Positions 10,921 to 21,310 of a DNA stretch of 41,595 nucleotides are shown here, piece by piece (positions within the stretch are counted from its first letter, which is position 1; every line of letters starts with the position of its first letter). Under the pieces are notes generated by a model. It was not told where the DNA came from. It worked only from the letters and a program-made list of their open reading frames with translations, and did no database searches. The position numbers and the translations under genes were made by a program. Source of the DNA: Octopus bimaculoides. Its lineage: Eukaryota. The stretch is from the NCBI RefSeq assembly GCF_001194135.2, contig NC_069003.1, positions 6,082,377 through 6,123,971 on the forward strand, read 5' to 3'.

Positions 10921-13639
10921 TATGCATAATCCAAAAGAAAGTTGCTTAGTGCGTCCTTTTGGGGGAAGCCTAAAAACTATAAACGTTGGTACTGGTGTAG
11001 AGCTTATATTCAGATAAAAATAAACGTTACATTCTAAAATATACTGGGGCCTTTCTAATATTACTTGGTACTCCTTAATATAATGAAGCTCTTTAGATTA
11101 AAGGTACCATATATACACAACTCCGAGTACAGGATGTTCCGTTTATTTATTTATATATATACACACACACATAGATATTACACACCTACATATACACCAA
11201 CACACGTATATGCATATATGTCCCATCACAACCAACACCCATTCTATATTAATTAAAAGAAATCTGAGGAGGAGGAACTTTAATAAATAGCTGATAATAT
11301 TTTTATTTCTCCCCCCGTTTGAATGTTTTAAATTCATACATAAAACGTGATTTATTTCACAATACATGTTATAAAAGCACCACCAATAAATTGTGTTGCT
11401 ATCCTGTAGAGTCATTTATACCGTGGAGTTTAATGACTTCAATATTGTTTAAATTACTTAAAACTATTATATATGCTATTTCAATAAAATGTGACATTCG
11501 CTCCCAGCCCCGACCTAGATGCACACACCTTGCCACAATTTTCTGTTCAACACATTAAACACAACCTATAGAGTAATATGTATACACACACACACACACA
11601 CATCCCACAATATACACACCACAGCAAAGGTTAGAGTACAAAATTCGCTTTTTAATTAACTAAATTATCAGAAATAACAACAAATATAATCGTTAAAAGT
11701 ACATGGCTCCACTTCGTTGTATAACACACACACTATATATATATATATATATATATATCGTATTATGTATATGCATACAATGTCTCTACACAACATATTA
11801 CTTATCTTACATGTACATAAGTAACATGGTGTGTGTGTGTGAGCATGTATACACAAACATATATATATATAGAAAATCATATATACAGCGAGAGAGATAT
11901 GGATATTACTTTTATATACACTCGCACTGTAGTATCCTAAAACAAGCACAGAACGAACATGTGAACATGTAAACGCATATAGTTCTATGTTTTATATATA
12001 TATACTGCTGTTAATGTGTTGGAGAAAGTGTTTCACGAACACACACATACATTTATATATTTCCGTAAATTGTACTAGCCTAAAAACCGGTGTAGTCTAT
12101 GTTGTGTCCCTTGATTTCCGTGACTGAGCAGTTCGACTTATAAAGGCTGAAAAGAAGGCTGAAAAAAAAAGCACTGGGAGTCGATGCCTCAGCATGGCCC
12201 TGTTCCAATAACTCGTATCTGTAGAATATCGATTTCTATATAAATTCTGTATTAAAATGTTTCTCTTAGAGCGAACCATGTGGCAGCATGTGTATCTTTT
12301 ACATATGTATACTTGTGTGTATACACACAAAGCTCCAGCACGGTACTATACATGACTTACGCACATGTACAAGTCTGTATGTGTGTGTGTATATATATAT
12401 ATATATATAACAAACATATATACATGTAACAGCTAAGAGCATATTAATTGGACACTTGAATTAAACGGAAAAGATAAAAAAATTGTGGGGAGGGGCGAAA
12501 ACAAGAATTAATAGTACACACACATGTATATATATATCATTTTATACACATATATATATATATAAAAACAAAACAAAAATAAAAATCTATAATCAACCAA
12601 GTGTAAACAAGTTACATGAGAAAGGAAGGATTTTTTTTTTATGTAGAATTAATGGATATTGGTTTTGAAGATTGTTAACGGTTGAAAACATGGGACCAAT
12701 CGATACATAAATATGTATTTGTGTGTGCGTGTGTGTATATAAATATACATATATATATATTAAGAGAGAGGGGGGTGCACTCCCTTTCGACCTGCTTTCA
12801 ATTGAAGTCTCACTTTTCAATTTGAATCAAAAACATGGACAGAAAAATTAATTGGACAAGATGTGAATTCGATCAACGAGAGATGAGGGACTATGTATAT
12901 TTATGTGTGTGTGTGTGTGAGAAAGAGAGGGAGACTGAGAGTGAGTGAAACAACATACATAACTGATGTATTTTCGTGGCTTCACTGCTGACCTGGGGCT
13001 AAAGAACACGATGCTATTTAACCCCAGGTGAATAATATTGGAGCAGGCCTGCGATCAAACATCGTTCAGTCACGATCATCACGTCTTTTATTCAGTATAT
13101 CTAATTCTACATCAACCAATGTGTCCTACATTTTTGTTTTCTTTTGTGACGGTACGATGCGGTTTAAGTTCAATTTTACTGCTATTTCTAGCAGGCGACC
13201 GACCATATTAGCGGCTCCACTCACTGGCTAGTTGTCTGTGTGTATATATATATACATACACACATATGTATTTATCAGTGTATATTTGTGTATAACTGCA
13301 TGTAGATGTATGTTTTCGACACTAGCTCGTGTTGTGAATGACAGTGTGCATGCATGTATGTGTTTACATATATATATATATATATATTTATTCATTCTTG
13401 TATAGTAGTTTCAGAGTGTATACTGTTGTAAATGTGTAAGTTTGAGTAAAGTGATTGACTGTACTATTAGTTGTATTTGAGTGAGTATGAAGTAGAGAAA
13501 GAAGCTTGTCTGTGTTAAGTTAAAATGTGTACGAAATGTGAAGTAAAGGTGTTATTGTATAGTTTCGAGTAAATGAGTGAAACAAGTGTGTTTACGTCTG
13601 ATTGCATGAGTGAGTGTTCCATTATAAATATATATGTGT

Positions 13640-13950
13640 ATATATTTCTATAAATATGAATGAGAGGAGAGAAAGAGTAAAAAGACGGAACAGTGACAGA
13701 AAGAAGAGATAAGGTGAAGCAAGAAAGAGAGAGTAACAGTGTGATCGAATAGATAGAGGGAATCAGTGAGGGAGAAGGTAATATAAAACAAGATAGTATG
13801 GGTGAGTAGGAAGAGAGTGACTGTGCGAGTAAAGCGAGAGAGAGAGAGATAAGGTAACATGAGAGAGTGAGAAAAAGATACAGTAAATCGAAAGAGTGAG
13901 GGTGTGAGAGAAAGACGAGATAGAGTAAAAGGAGAGAGGGATTGAGTGAA
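13640..13950. repeat. GA-rich low-complexity tract (CT-rich on minus; start of putative intron 1)
   Basis: Direct reading; immediately follows the minus-strand donor at 14006. Confidence 0.8.
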
Positions 13951-14006
13951 GGCGCGTGTATGTATGTATGTATATAGTAGTAGTACAAGTGTTAAGTGTT
14001 ACTTAC

Positions 14007-14073
14007 CGTCAGCAAGGCTCGAAAGGACGAGAGAAAGAAGCAACACGGCAAGAGGAAAAGCATGGGACGCCAT
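14007..14073 (-). CDS. First coding exon of a secreted or membrane protein (signal peptide MASHAFPLAVLLLSLVLSSLAD + phase-1 intron); rest of gene not found in window
   Basis: Minus strand tatctATGGCG...CTTGCTGACG|GTAAGT gives 22 codons + 1 nt. It has a hydrophobic h-region, small residues S-x-A at -3/-1, G at +4 of the start context and a consensus GTAAGT donor. Confidence 0.75.
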
Positions 14074-14189
14074 AGATAAAAAAGGATCAGGGGGAGAAAT
14101 GTCCCCCCATAGAAATCACTTAGAGAAATTGCGCCAGAACTGGGCATGAATACATCCAATGAACCGTTCCACCACTTCCAATCTGTTTT

Positions 14190-15433
14190 AGCCTTGCGCT
14201 GCCGCCGCCCTCGATAGCGACTGCTGCTGCTGATAGTTGTGTTGTTGTGATGATGGTGGTGGTGGTGTAGTGGGAGGAGGAGTATGAGGAGTAGTAGAAG
14301 TAGGGGGAAAAAGGCAGTGGTGGTAATGCTGCTGCTACTGCTAGCTGTTGTAGTATTGTTATCGTGGTGGTAGTGGTGGTGGTGGTGGTGGTACAGCGGA
14401 AGGAGGAGTAGTAAAAGTGGTAGTACAATCAATGAGAGAGGGAGGAAGGGCAGAGGTAGTAATGCTGCAGCTACTGCTAATTATTGTGATGATGATGGTG
14501 GTGGTGGTGGTGGGTGTACTAATAGAAGTAGTAGTAGTAGCAGCAGTAGCAGCATTACTGTCAATGGCAGAGGGAGGAAGGGCAGTTGTGGTAATGTTAC
14601 TGCTGCTGATAGTTCGTATTACTGTAGTGGTGGTGGTGGTGATGGTGACGGCGGTACAGTGGGAGTAGTAGCGCTACTGCTCAGTGCTGCCGATAGTGAC
14701 TGTGTTGTCGTAGTCGTGGTAGTGATGACATTATAGCAGTAGCAGTAGTAGTAGTAGTCGTAGTAGTAATAATATTGGGGGGGGGGGATGCCAATGACGG
14801 AGGGAGGGAGGGCAGTGGTGATAATGGTGCTGCTACTGCTGATGATAAATTGTGTTGTTATGATGGTGGGAAGAAGTAGTAGGAGTAGGAGGAAGGGTGG
14901 TAGTAGTAATGCTGTTGTGCTGCTGCTGCTACTAATACTGCTGATGATGATTGTGCTGATACAGTGGTAATATTGTGAGAATAGTAGTAGTAGTAATACC
15001 GTCAATGACTGGAGTAGGAGGGGAACTAGTGGTAACGCTGCTTGTAGTAGTAGTAGTAGTAGTGGTGGTGTTCGTGTTGTGGGTAATGTAGTATTAGTAT
15101 TAATAAAGTCGATGGCAGGGTAGGGAAGAATAGTGGTGGTAATGTTACTGTTGTTGATGATGATGGTGATTGCTTTGCGTTGGCGATGGCGGCGACGGTG
15201 GAAGTTTAGTGGTAGTAGTAGTAGTAGTAGTAGTAGTTGTTGTTGTAGTTTCAATGACGGGGTAGAGGTAGAAGTAGTGTCAATGAGGAAGGTGAAGACG
15301 GGAAGGAGGTGGTAACCGGTGGTGATGATGAGGCTAAGGAGAAGAAAGTAATGTTTGTGGTGGTGGTGGTAGCGGTAATAGTGATCGTGATCGTGGTGTT
15401 GCTGGTGGTACTAGTGCAGGTAGTAGTAGTAGT

Positions 15434-15465
<32 letters not shown>

Positions 15466-15735
15466 TAGTAGCGTCAATGATGGGGAGAAGGACGTACTGC
15501 TTGTACTATTGACAGCGGAGGAAACGGTGTTACGGCAGTTGATGATGATGATGGAGCGGGGTGGAGGTGATGCTATTATTGTCAAGGACCAGGGAGAGGG
15601 GGAGGTGCGTAAGTATTGTAATGGTGGTGGTGGTTGTGGTGGAGTCAATGAGGGAAGAAGTTAGGTAATGTGTATTGATATTGTTGGTGATGGTGACGGT
15701 AGAGGTAACGGTAGGGTGGTGGTGATGGTAGTACA
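14190..15735. repeat. Mosaic trinucleotide array (GTA/GGT/GAT/GCT/GCA) with a recurring longer unit
   Basis: Spacer motif (g)tcaatg..gaggga(g/a)gggcagtggtggtaatg recurs at about 14314, 14449, 14580, 14810 and 15115, with shorter copies to ~15650. Long frames are interrupted by stops. Confidence 0.9.
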
Positions 15736-15754
15736 CTCACATATATGTCTATAT

Positions 15755-16060
15755 AAGGTGTGACTGAGTGGTTAAGATGCTCGCTTCGCAATCAGTATGT
15801 CTCCAGTTCGATCCCGCGATGTGGCATCTGGAGCAAACGTCTTTTATATAAAGCATTGGGTCGGTCTAAGCTTTGCGAACGAACTTACGTGAGCCAGAAA
15901 CTGGATGGAAGCCGTCGGATGGGACAACGTTTGTACTTCAAAAGCCTACCCTTGCCAATTCGTGTGACCCTGATTCTGCTGGAGAATTCACAGTCTGAAT
16001 GCAATGGTGAATTCTCCTGTCGTAGACGGCCGATAAGGGGTCTGCAATTTCTCACAAAAC
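15755..16060 (+). mobile_element. tRNA-derived SINE (degenerate head and body)
   Basis: A box tgactgagtggttaag, B box agttcgatccc, then gtggcatctggagcaaacgtcttttatataaagc related to family A. Confidence 0.65.
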
Positions 16061-16530
16061 AACTTGCACAGATGATTTGTTTCTAGTGATCAAATGTTTT
16101 TGTACTGTACATCAACTCACTCCCTCCATTAAATCTATGTTACCTGCACAGTGCACCACACGTCAGAACAACGTGTGATGAAGTGATTTGTTCAAGAACA
16201 CCACGCATCACCCGGTCCATTATGCTAAGTGTTTCCACATAGTCATTGGAATACTCTGTTACTTACTCTATGATATTAGTCATTGGAATGTTGATTAAAC
16301 AACTGGAAAACTCGTCGTTGAAATCGACGGATGATCCAAGAAATGGACCACCCTCTGTGGATATACCAAGGCACTCATCAACCAAGTATAGGAGAACATC
16401 CTGAGAGGAAAAAGTAGTTATATTTCTCAGTTTTGATGTCGGTTTGATTTCTGCAGTTTGGAGGCGATATCAGTCGTCTTGAGTTCACCATACTACTGGA
16501 TCGATGTCCTTTACAGCGGAAGTGGCGATT

Positions 16531-17222
16531 CCGTTGAGAATCCCTCGTCCGAAATTTCACGGGGCAGAGAGTGTTACAGATGTCGGATTTTTTCGGATCT
16601 TGGAATATTTTTTTATATTTGCATATTTGTATATCTGCTTTGGTATATGACCCCAGTCTAAACACATTATCCATTTACATTTTATAATATAGCTTATACA
16701 TATATCTTGAATGTAGTTTTATATAATGTTTTAATTATTTCTCATACATAAAGCCGTCAGAAAGATAAGGTATAAGTCTCCCCCTTCGAGATATATTTTG
16801 AATTAAAGGTTACAGTACATCTACACCATTTGTGTTTGTACTTTTTTTACGATACTGTACAAGTATTGAGTTTTATGTAAGGTATAAAAACAAAGTATTG
16901 GACATGATTACAAGTTAATAAAAAGAAAATTGAAAACGTCAGCACTTTAGTTCTAAAGTAATGTGTTAAATAATGACGTTGGTCACGTTACGCTCATACG
17001 GTAGGTGACATGTAGAAATAACGTTTCGTGCTTACTGCACAAAGCACAAAACATGGTCCAGGATTATTGCTTATAATCTCACAGTTGTACCTGGTGGAAC
17101 TTTCCCAATACTTTGTGGAATTCACCTTTTGTAACGTGTCATGTCAACTTTCTAAAACTTTTGGATCTTGGAGGCTTTCGGATTTTGGTATTTCCAACTG
17201 GATTGGGAAATACACACTCGAC
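16531..17222 (+). mobile_element. Tigger4/MER46-like (TcMar-pogo) non-autonomous DNA transposon
   Basis: 5' ccgttgagaatccctcgtccgaaat...tcggattttttcggatcttggaatattt; internal gaccccagtctaaacac; 3' gtcatgtcaactttctaaaacttttggatcttggaggctttcggattttgg. These match my recollection of the Tigger4a/4b consensus (not searched). Confidence 0.65.
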
Positions 17223-17639
17223 ACAATTATGATGTCAAATTCCCTATTTTGGATCTTGGATCTCTACAATTTCGCTGGAAGCATGTCTGAATGCTTTGAA
17301 AGATTCTTAGTCAGAGACCTTATATCTTAGCCGTCTGGGCAACGGTCGTTGGCTGCTGGAATTTAATGGCAGCTAGCAACTCTAGGCAGTTTCTTGGGTG
17401 TCTGAACAACTCTGTTTAGGAACCAATCTGGAAAAGACTTCGAAATGTAACATTAAACTCTTTCATTCAGAGCAGCTCCTGGACAGGAAATGGCACATAC
17501 CAAGAGACTCCTTTTAGCAATAAATGAATAAACAAACAAACAAACACAAATATACGACTTAGACTATTCAAACACCAAAACAATATAGACTGAAATACAA
17601 CTGATGCTCCCGTGAGTCATTGTTGGGATGATGTTTGCC

Positions 17640-18490
17640 TAACTTCCATATATATTGTGTTTATGAAGAGATCTTCTCTCTGACAAACCCACAGCGTCTT
17701 TATGAGAGCGGACTCTTCCAACGAAATTGGGGAAGACTATGCCTCCTTCTGGAGCAAAGAAGGGGGCTATCTTGAGGGTAATCACCATGAAGATGACGTC
17801 GGTTTTGCTGTGAGGCACAGGCTTCTGTCTAAACTGACTGAAACATCAATTAGCATGTTAATTTATACTTCCCTAGCTGAAAGCTGCCATGTCACCTTAC
17901 TCTATTCCTGTGCACCACTCCTGCCGTTTGCCATTCAAGACAAAGAGCACTTCTGTCAGTCATTAGATCAAGCACTGACTAAGATATCAAAATATGACAA
18001 AGTCATCATAATGAGTGATATTCATTTAAAGGCAAGAAGGAATTAAATAATCCTGGGATCGACTGGTCGAAGGCCAGAGTGTTGGAAAAACCAAACTAAC
18101 CGAGACGTCAATTAGCATGTTAATTTATACTTCCCTAGCTGGATGGAAGCTACGATGTCACCTTACTGAATACCTATGTACCATCCTCGCCGCTTGGTAA
18201 TCAGGACACAGAGTAATACTATTAGTCATTAGATCGCACTAAGATCTCAAAACTGTGAAGGTCATCATAATGGTTTCAAATTATGGCACAAAGCCACCAA
18301 TTACATCGACCCCAGAGCCGAGCTGGAACATATTTTATCGATCCTGAAAGGATGAAAGGCAAAGTTAGCACGTCGGGAGAAATACGGCTAAGCAATTTTT
18401 CCGACTCACTAATCATTCTGACAGCTCACCGTTCCCTTGAAAGTCATCAAAATGGGTGATTTTAACATAAAGGTAGGAAAGAATTAAGTC
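17640..18490 (+). mobile_element. RTE-clade APE endonuclease fragment with staggered partial duplications
   Basis: YASFWS...DDVGFAVRHRLL...APLL...DKEHFCQSLDQAL..ISKYDKVIIMSD. A second copy of tcaattagcatgttaatttatacttccctagctg lies at 18107, and a third piece KVIKMGDFNIKVG at 18440-18485. Confidence 0.8.
18272..18425 (-). mobile_element. SINE family B fragment inserted in the RTE remnant
   Basis: ggtttcaaattatggcacaaagcc...ttttatcgatcctgaaaggatgaaaggcaaagt matches 20577-20720. Confidence 0.75.
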
Positions 18491-18617
18491 ACCTGCAGAT
18501 AACTGAAGTCATCTTAAGTCATCGAGTGATTGAAAACCATATGTTGTGAAAATTAAAAGCAATGTCCTCAGACTTTTTCCTCTGAGTGCAGAACATATAT
18601 ACGGAGAGAGGGGGAGG

Positions 18618-18618
18618 G

Positions 18619-18701
<83 letters not shown>

Positions 18702-18705
18702 CAGA
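18618..18705. repeat. (GATA)n tetranucleotide repeat
   Basis: Direct reading. Confidence 0.95.
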
Positions 18706-18833
18706 TAAGATGGATTGTACACGTTTTATTACATATCACTACAATTGTTTCAATACGTCATTATCAAACTGTTCATTGCTGAGTGTTACATATGTTATAA
18801 ACAACATTACGTTGATATCACTCAGTCATATTG

Positions 18834-18903
18834 GCATATGTAACATATGTAATATGTAATATATGTAACATATGTAATATGTAATATATGTAATATGTAA
18901 TAT
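18834..18903. repeat. 7-9 bp minisatellite (atatgta / acatatgta)
   Basis: catatgtaacatatgtaatatgtaatatatgtaacatatgtaatatgtaatatatgtaatatgtaatat. Confidence 0.9.
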
Positions 18904-18954
18904 CATAGTGCATGAAGGCGGATTCTTCGTCGCTGGTTTTGCTGGTGAGAGCTT

Positions 18955-19029
18955 GTACTGGTCTAAGCGAAAATTGCTTTGTATATATAGGTTTCCAAGT
19001 TCTGATTGGTTGTAAACTTAATGACGTCA
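18955..19029 (-). promoter_or_regulatory. CRE - CCAAT - TATA - Inr-like Pol II promoter module
   Basis: Minus order: TGACGTCA (19029-19022), CCAAT (19009-19005), TATATATA (18989-18982), ccAgt with the A at 18959, 30 nt from the TATA start. Confidence 0.5.
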
Positions 19030-19200
19030 CTTGTTTTTGTCCGCCTTTGATCTAGCATTTTGGCTAACTGACTGCCTGAATATATCACTTGTTTCTCGAA
19101 TGTTCTGCTCACATATTTTGGTTTGGCAGATACAAATTACATCGAGTATACAAATGACTTTATTTTCTAAATGTCTAAGTCTCTTGACTGCATTAAATAA

Positions 19201-19269
19201 GGTAAGAGAATTGTTGTGCTGATGATGCCTACTGAGGCAGGAACAAGCGTCCACAACTGTCCTCTTATC
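19201..19269 (+). ncRNA. Minimal type I hammerhead ribozyme motif (core variant A13G)
   Basis: Stem I gttgtg/cacaac, extended by ggtaagag/ctcttatc across a 4x4 internal loop. Core CTGATGA; stem II tgcct-actg-aggca; GGAA in place of GAAA; short stem III ac-aagc-gt; GTC cleavage triplet ending at 19251. Confidence 0.75.
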
Positions 19270-19328
19270 GCCTGACAAAAAGCTTGACACTGTCTTTAAT
19301 GGCTCGTTAAATTTTGTGTGCGTGTGTG

Positions 19329-19585
19329 AAGGTGTGTGGCCTACTGTTTAAGGTGTTGCACCCTAACCGCTAGGACCGAATGGCGTGTTGTGTTCTTGAG
19401 CAAAATACATCATTTCCCGTTGCTCCAGTCCAGTCAGCTGTAAATGGGTCGCCCCTGGGACGGACTAGCCTTCCGGTCAGGGAAAATATTGTCCTGCTCG
19501 TCCTAGCCAGTGGGATGGCACCTTTCGGGAGCTAAAACTATGCATAGCACATTGTGGCCAACAGTGTATAACAACATCCGATAGC
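19329..19585 (+). mobile_element. tRNA-derived SINE, Meta/CORE-like central domain (family C variant)
   Basis: gtgttgtgttcttgagcaaaatacat...ttgctccagtccagtcagctgtaaatgggt central domain. Confidence 0.7.
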
Positions 19586-19591
19586 CCAGTT

Positions 19592-19933
19592 AATCCCCAA
19601 TTTACTATTTTGCTTGTGCGGATCCCCTTTGGTTACTATTCTATTCTGGTTGACCCCCATAGCCATTCGATGTTTAAAAACTAGTTTTATAGAAACTTCT
19701 TTCAAAATTCCTATTCCGTTCTCCTCACATTAACTTGTGTTGGTTGAACTATGTCAAATGTTAGAGAATGAAACCTAGTTGTTTCTTACAATACATACGT
19801 CTAAAGCAATTTTTTTTTTCAGAGGCCCTTGAAATACAACTGTGAATCTCCAATTTACTATTTTGTTTTGTGGACCTCCAAAAATCTTATATGGACCCTC
19901 AGGGGCCACATGGACCCCGGTTGAGAACCATTA
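19592..19933. mobile_element. hAT-type MITE, copy 1 (left end rearranged)
   Basis: Collinear with 21847-22190; right end ggttgagaacca. Confidence 0.75.
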
Positions 19934-20261
19934 TTCTGTAGTAACAAGACGACATCTCTTCTGAGTTCAGCTATATATTTTGTTTGAAGACAATACTATA
20001 AGAGGTAAGAGATTTTAAAGTATTGGTTCAAAAATATTGATGTGACTTTTTGTGCAGTACCGAGATTTGATAAGATTTTGTTTCACAATAGTGTAAAATA
20101 TGTACTTAAGACACAAATTTCACAGTGTTGGTAGTTCGTGATTTTAGATTAAATTGCTGTTTTTATACTGCATAACATTAGTGTTATGACACCATGATTT
20201 TAGATTAAGTCGTCACTTTTACATAACTGTGGTTTGCATTAAAGCTGAATAGTAAGTCGTG

Positions 20262-20568
20262 AAGATGCGTGGCTTAGTGGTTAGGGAATTCGGCTCACGG
20301 TAATAAGAACGTAAGTTCGACTCCCGGCGGCACGTTGTGTCTGTGTGCAAGCTTTATTTCACGTTGCTCCAGTACACTTAACAGACAAAAATCAGTAGTA
20401 CCTGTATTTCAAAGGGCCAGCCTTGCCACACTCTGTATCACGCGGAATCTCTCTCAGAACTACGTTAAGGATACACGTGTGTGTGGAGTACTCAGCCACT
20501 TGCATGTTAATTTCATAAGTTGATCGAATCAACTGAAACACTCGTCGTTATAACCGATGGAGTGCCAG
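20262..20568 (+). mobile_element. tRNA-derived SINE family C
   Basis: gcgtggcttagtggttaggg (A box), agttcgactccc (B box), ttcacgttgctccagtacac, ctcagccacttgcatgttaat, ctcgtcgttataaccgatggagtgcca. Minus-strand homologues lie at 32910 and 35148. Confidence 0.8.
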
Positions 20569-20576
20569 TTAAATAT

Positions 20577-20944
20577 TGGTTTCAAATTTTGGCATAAGGC
20601 CAGCAGTTTCGAGGAAGGGGTTAAGTCGATTACATCGACCCCAGTGTTCAGCTGGTACTTAATTTATCGACCCCGAAAGGATGAAAGGCAAAGTCGACTT
20701 CGGCGGAATTTGAACTCAGAACGTGTACAAAGGCGCCGAGTTGGCAGAATCATTAGCATGCCGGGAAAAATACTTAGCGGCATTTTGACCATCTTCTTGT
20801 TTTTTGTTCAAATTCCGCCGAGGTCGACTTTGCCTTTCGTTCTTCAGGATCAATAAAATAAATACCAGTTGAGCCCTGGGGTTGATGTAATTGACTTTCT
20901 TCCTCCCCTGAAATTGTTGGCCTTGTGCCAAAATTTGAAACCAA
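20577..20944. mobile_element. Head-to-head pair of SINE family B copies (minus 20577-20728, plus 20731-20944)
   Basis: Plus copy: aaggcgccgagttggcagaatc...gttcaaattccgccgaggtcgactttgcctttc...gccttgtgccaaaatttgaaacc. The left copy is its reverse complement. The gcctttcatcctttcggggtcgataaa segment resembles the Deu/Nin domain (from memory). Confidence 0.85.
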
Positions 20945-21004
20945 CATCATATTTGCTCATCAATCAAATCGGATAAAGCCAATAATCCTTTCTACTAAAA
21001 GAAC

Positions 21005-21310
21005 AAAGCCAGAAATTTTGTGGGAGGGGACCAGTCAATTACATCGGCCCCAATGTTTCACTGGTACTTAATTTATCGACCCCGAAAGGNNNNNNNNNNN
21101 NNNNNNNNNNNNNNNNNNNNNNNNNNNNNNNNNNNNNNNNNNNNNNNNNNNNNNNNNNNNNNNNNNNNNNNNNNNNNNNNNNNNNNNNNNNNNNNNNNNN
21201 NNNNNNNNNNNNNNNNNNNNNNNGAAATTTAAACTTAGAACGTGCAGACGGATGAAATGCCGCTAAACATTTTGTCCGGCGTGCTAACGATTCTGCCAGT
21301 TCACCTGCTT
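21005..21310 (-). mobile_element. SINE family B spanning gap N 21090-21223
   Basis: ttacatcggccccaatgtttcactggtacttaatttatcgaccccgaaagg...gtgctaacgattctgccagttcacctgct. Confidence 0.8.

Larger units (their letters stand above)
18910..19310 (+). mobile_element. Probable solo Penelope-like pseudo-LTR or retrozyme-like terminal repeat
   Basis: Contains a minimal type I hammerhead motif, the known hallmark of Penelope-like element termini. No RT or GIY-YIG ORF is visible, so the assignment is inferred. Confidence 0.5.

Noticed and set aside
12090-12170. Minus-strand acceptors (tttttttttcag, cttttcag) as exon 2
   Set aside because: The phase-1 frame stops within about 20 codons and no donor precedes the stop.
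13992-15648. Poly-H/T/L/S/V ORFs on both strands as one low-complexity protein
   Set aside because: Frames are repeatedly closed by stops, several starts are non-ATG, and the composition follows from the triplet repeats.
14190-15735. CRISPR-like repeat-spacer array
   Set aside because: Units are variable and degenerate, the spacers are triplet repeats, the context is eukaryotic, and no cas genes are present.
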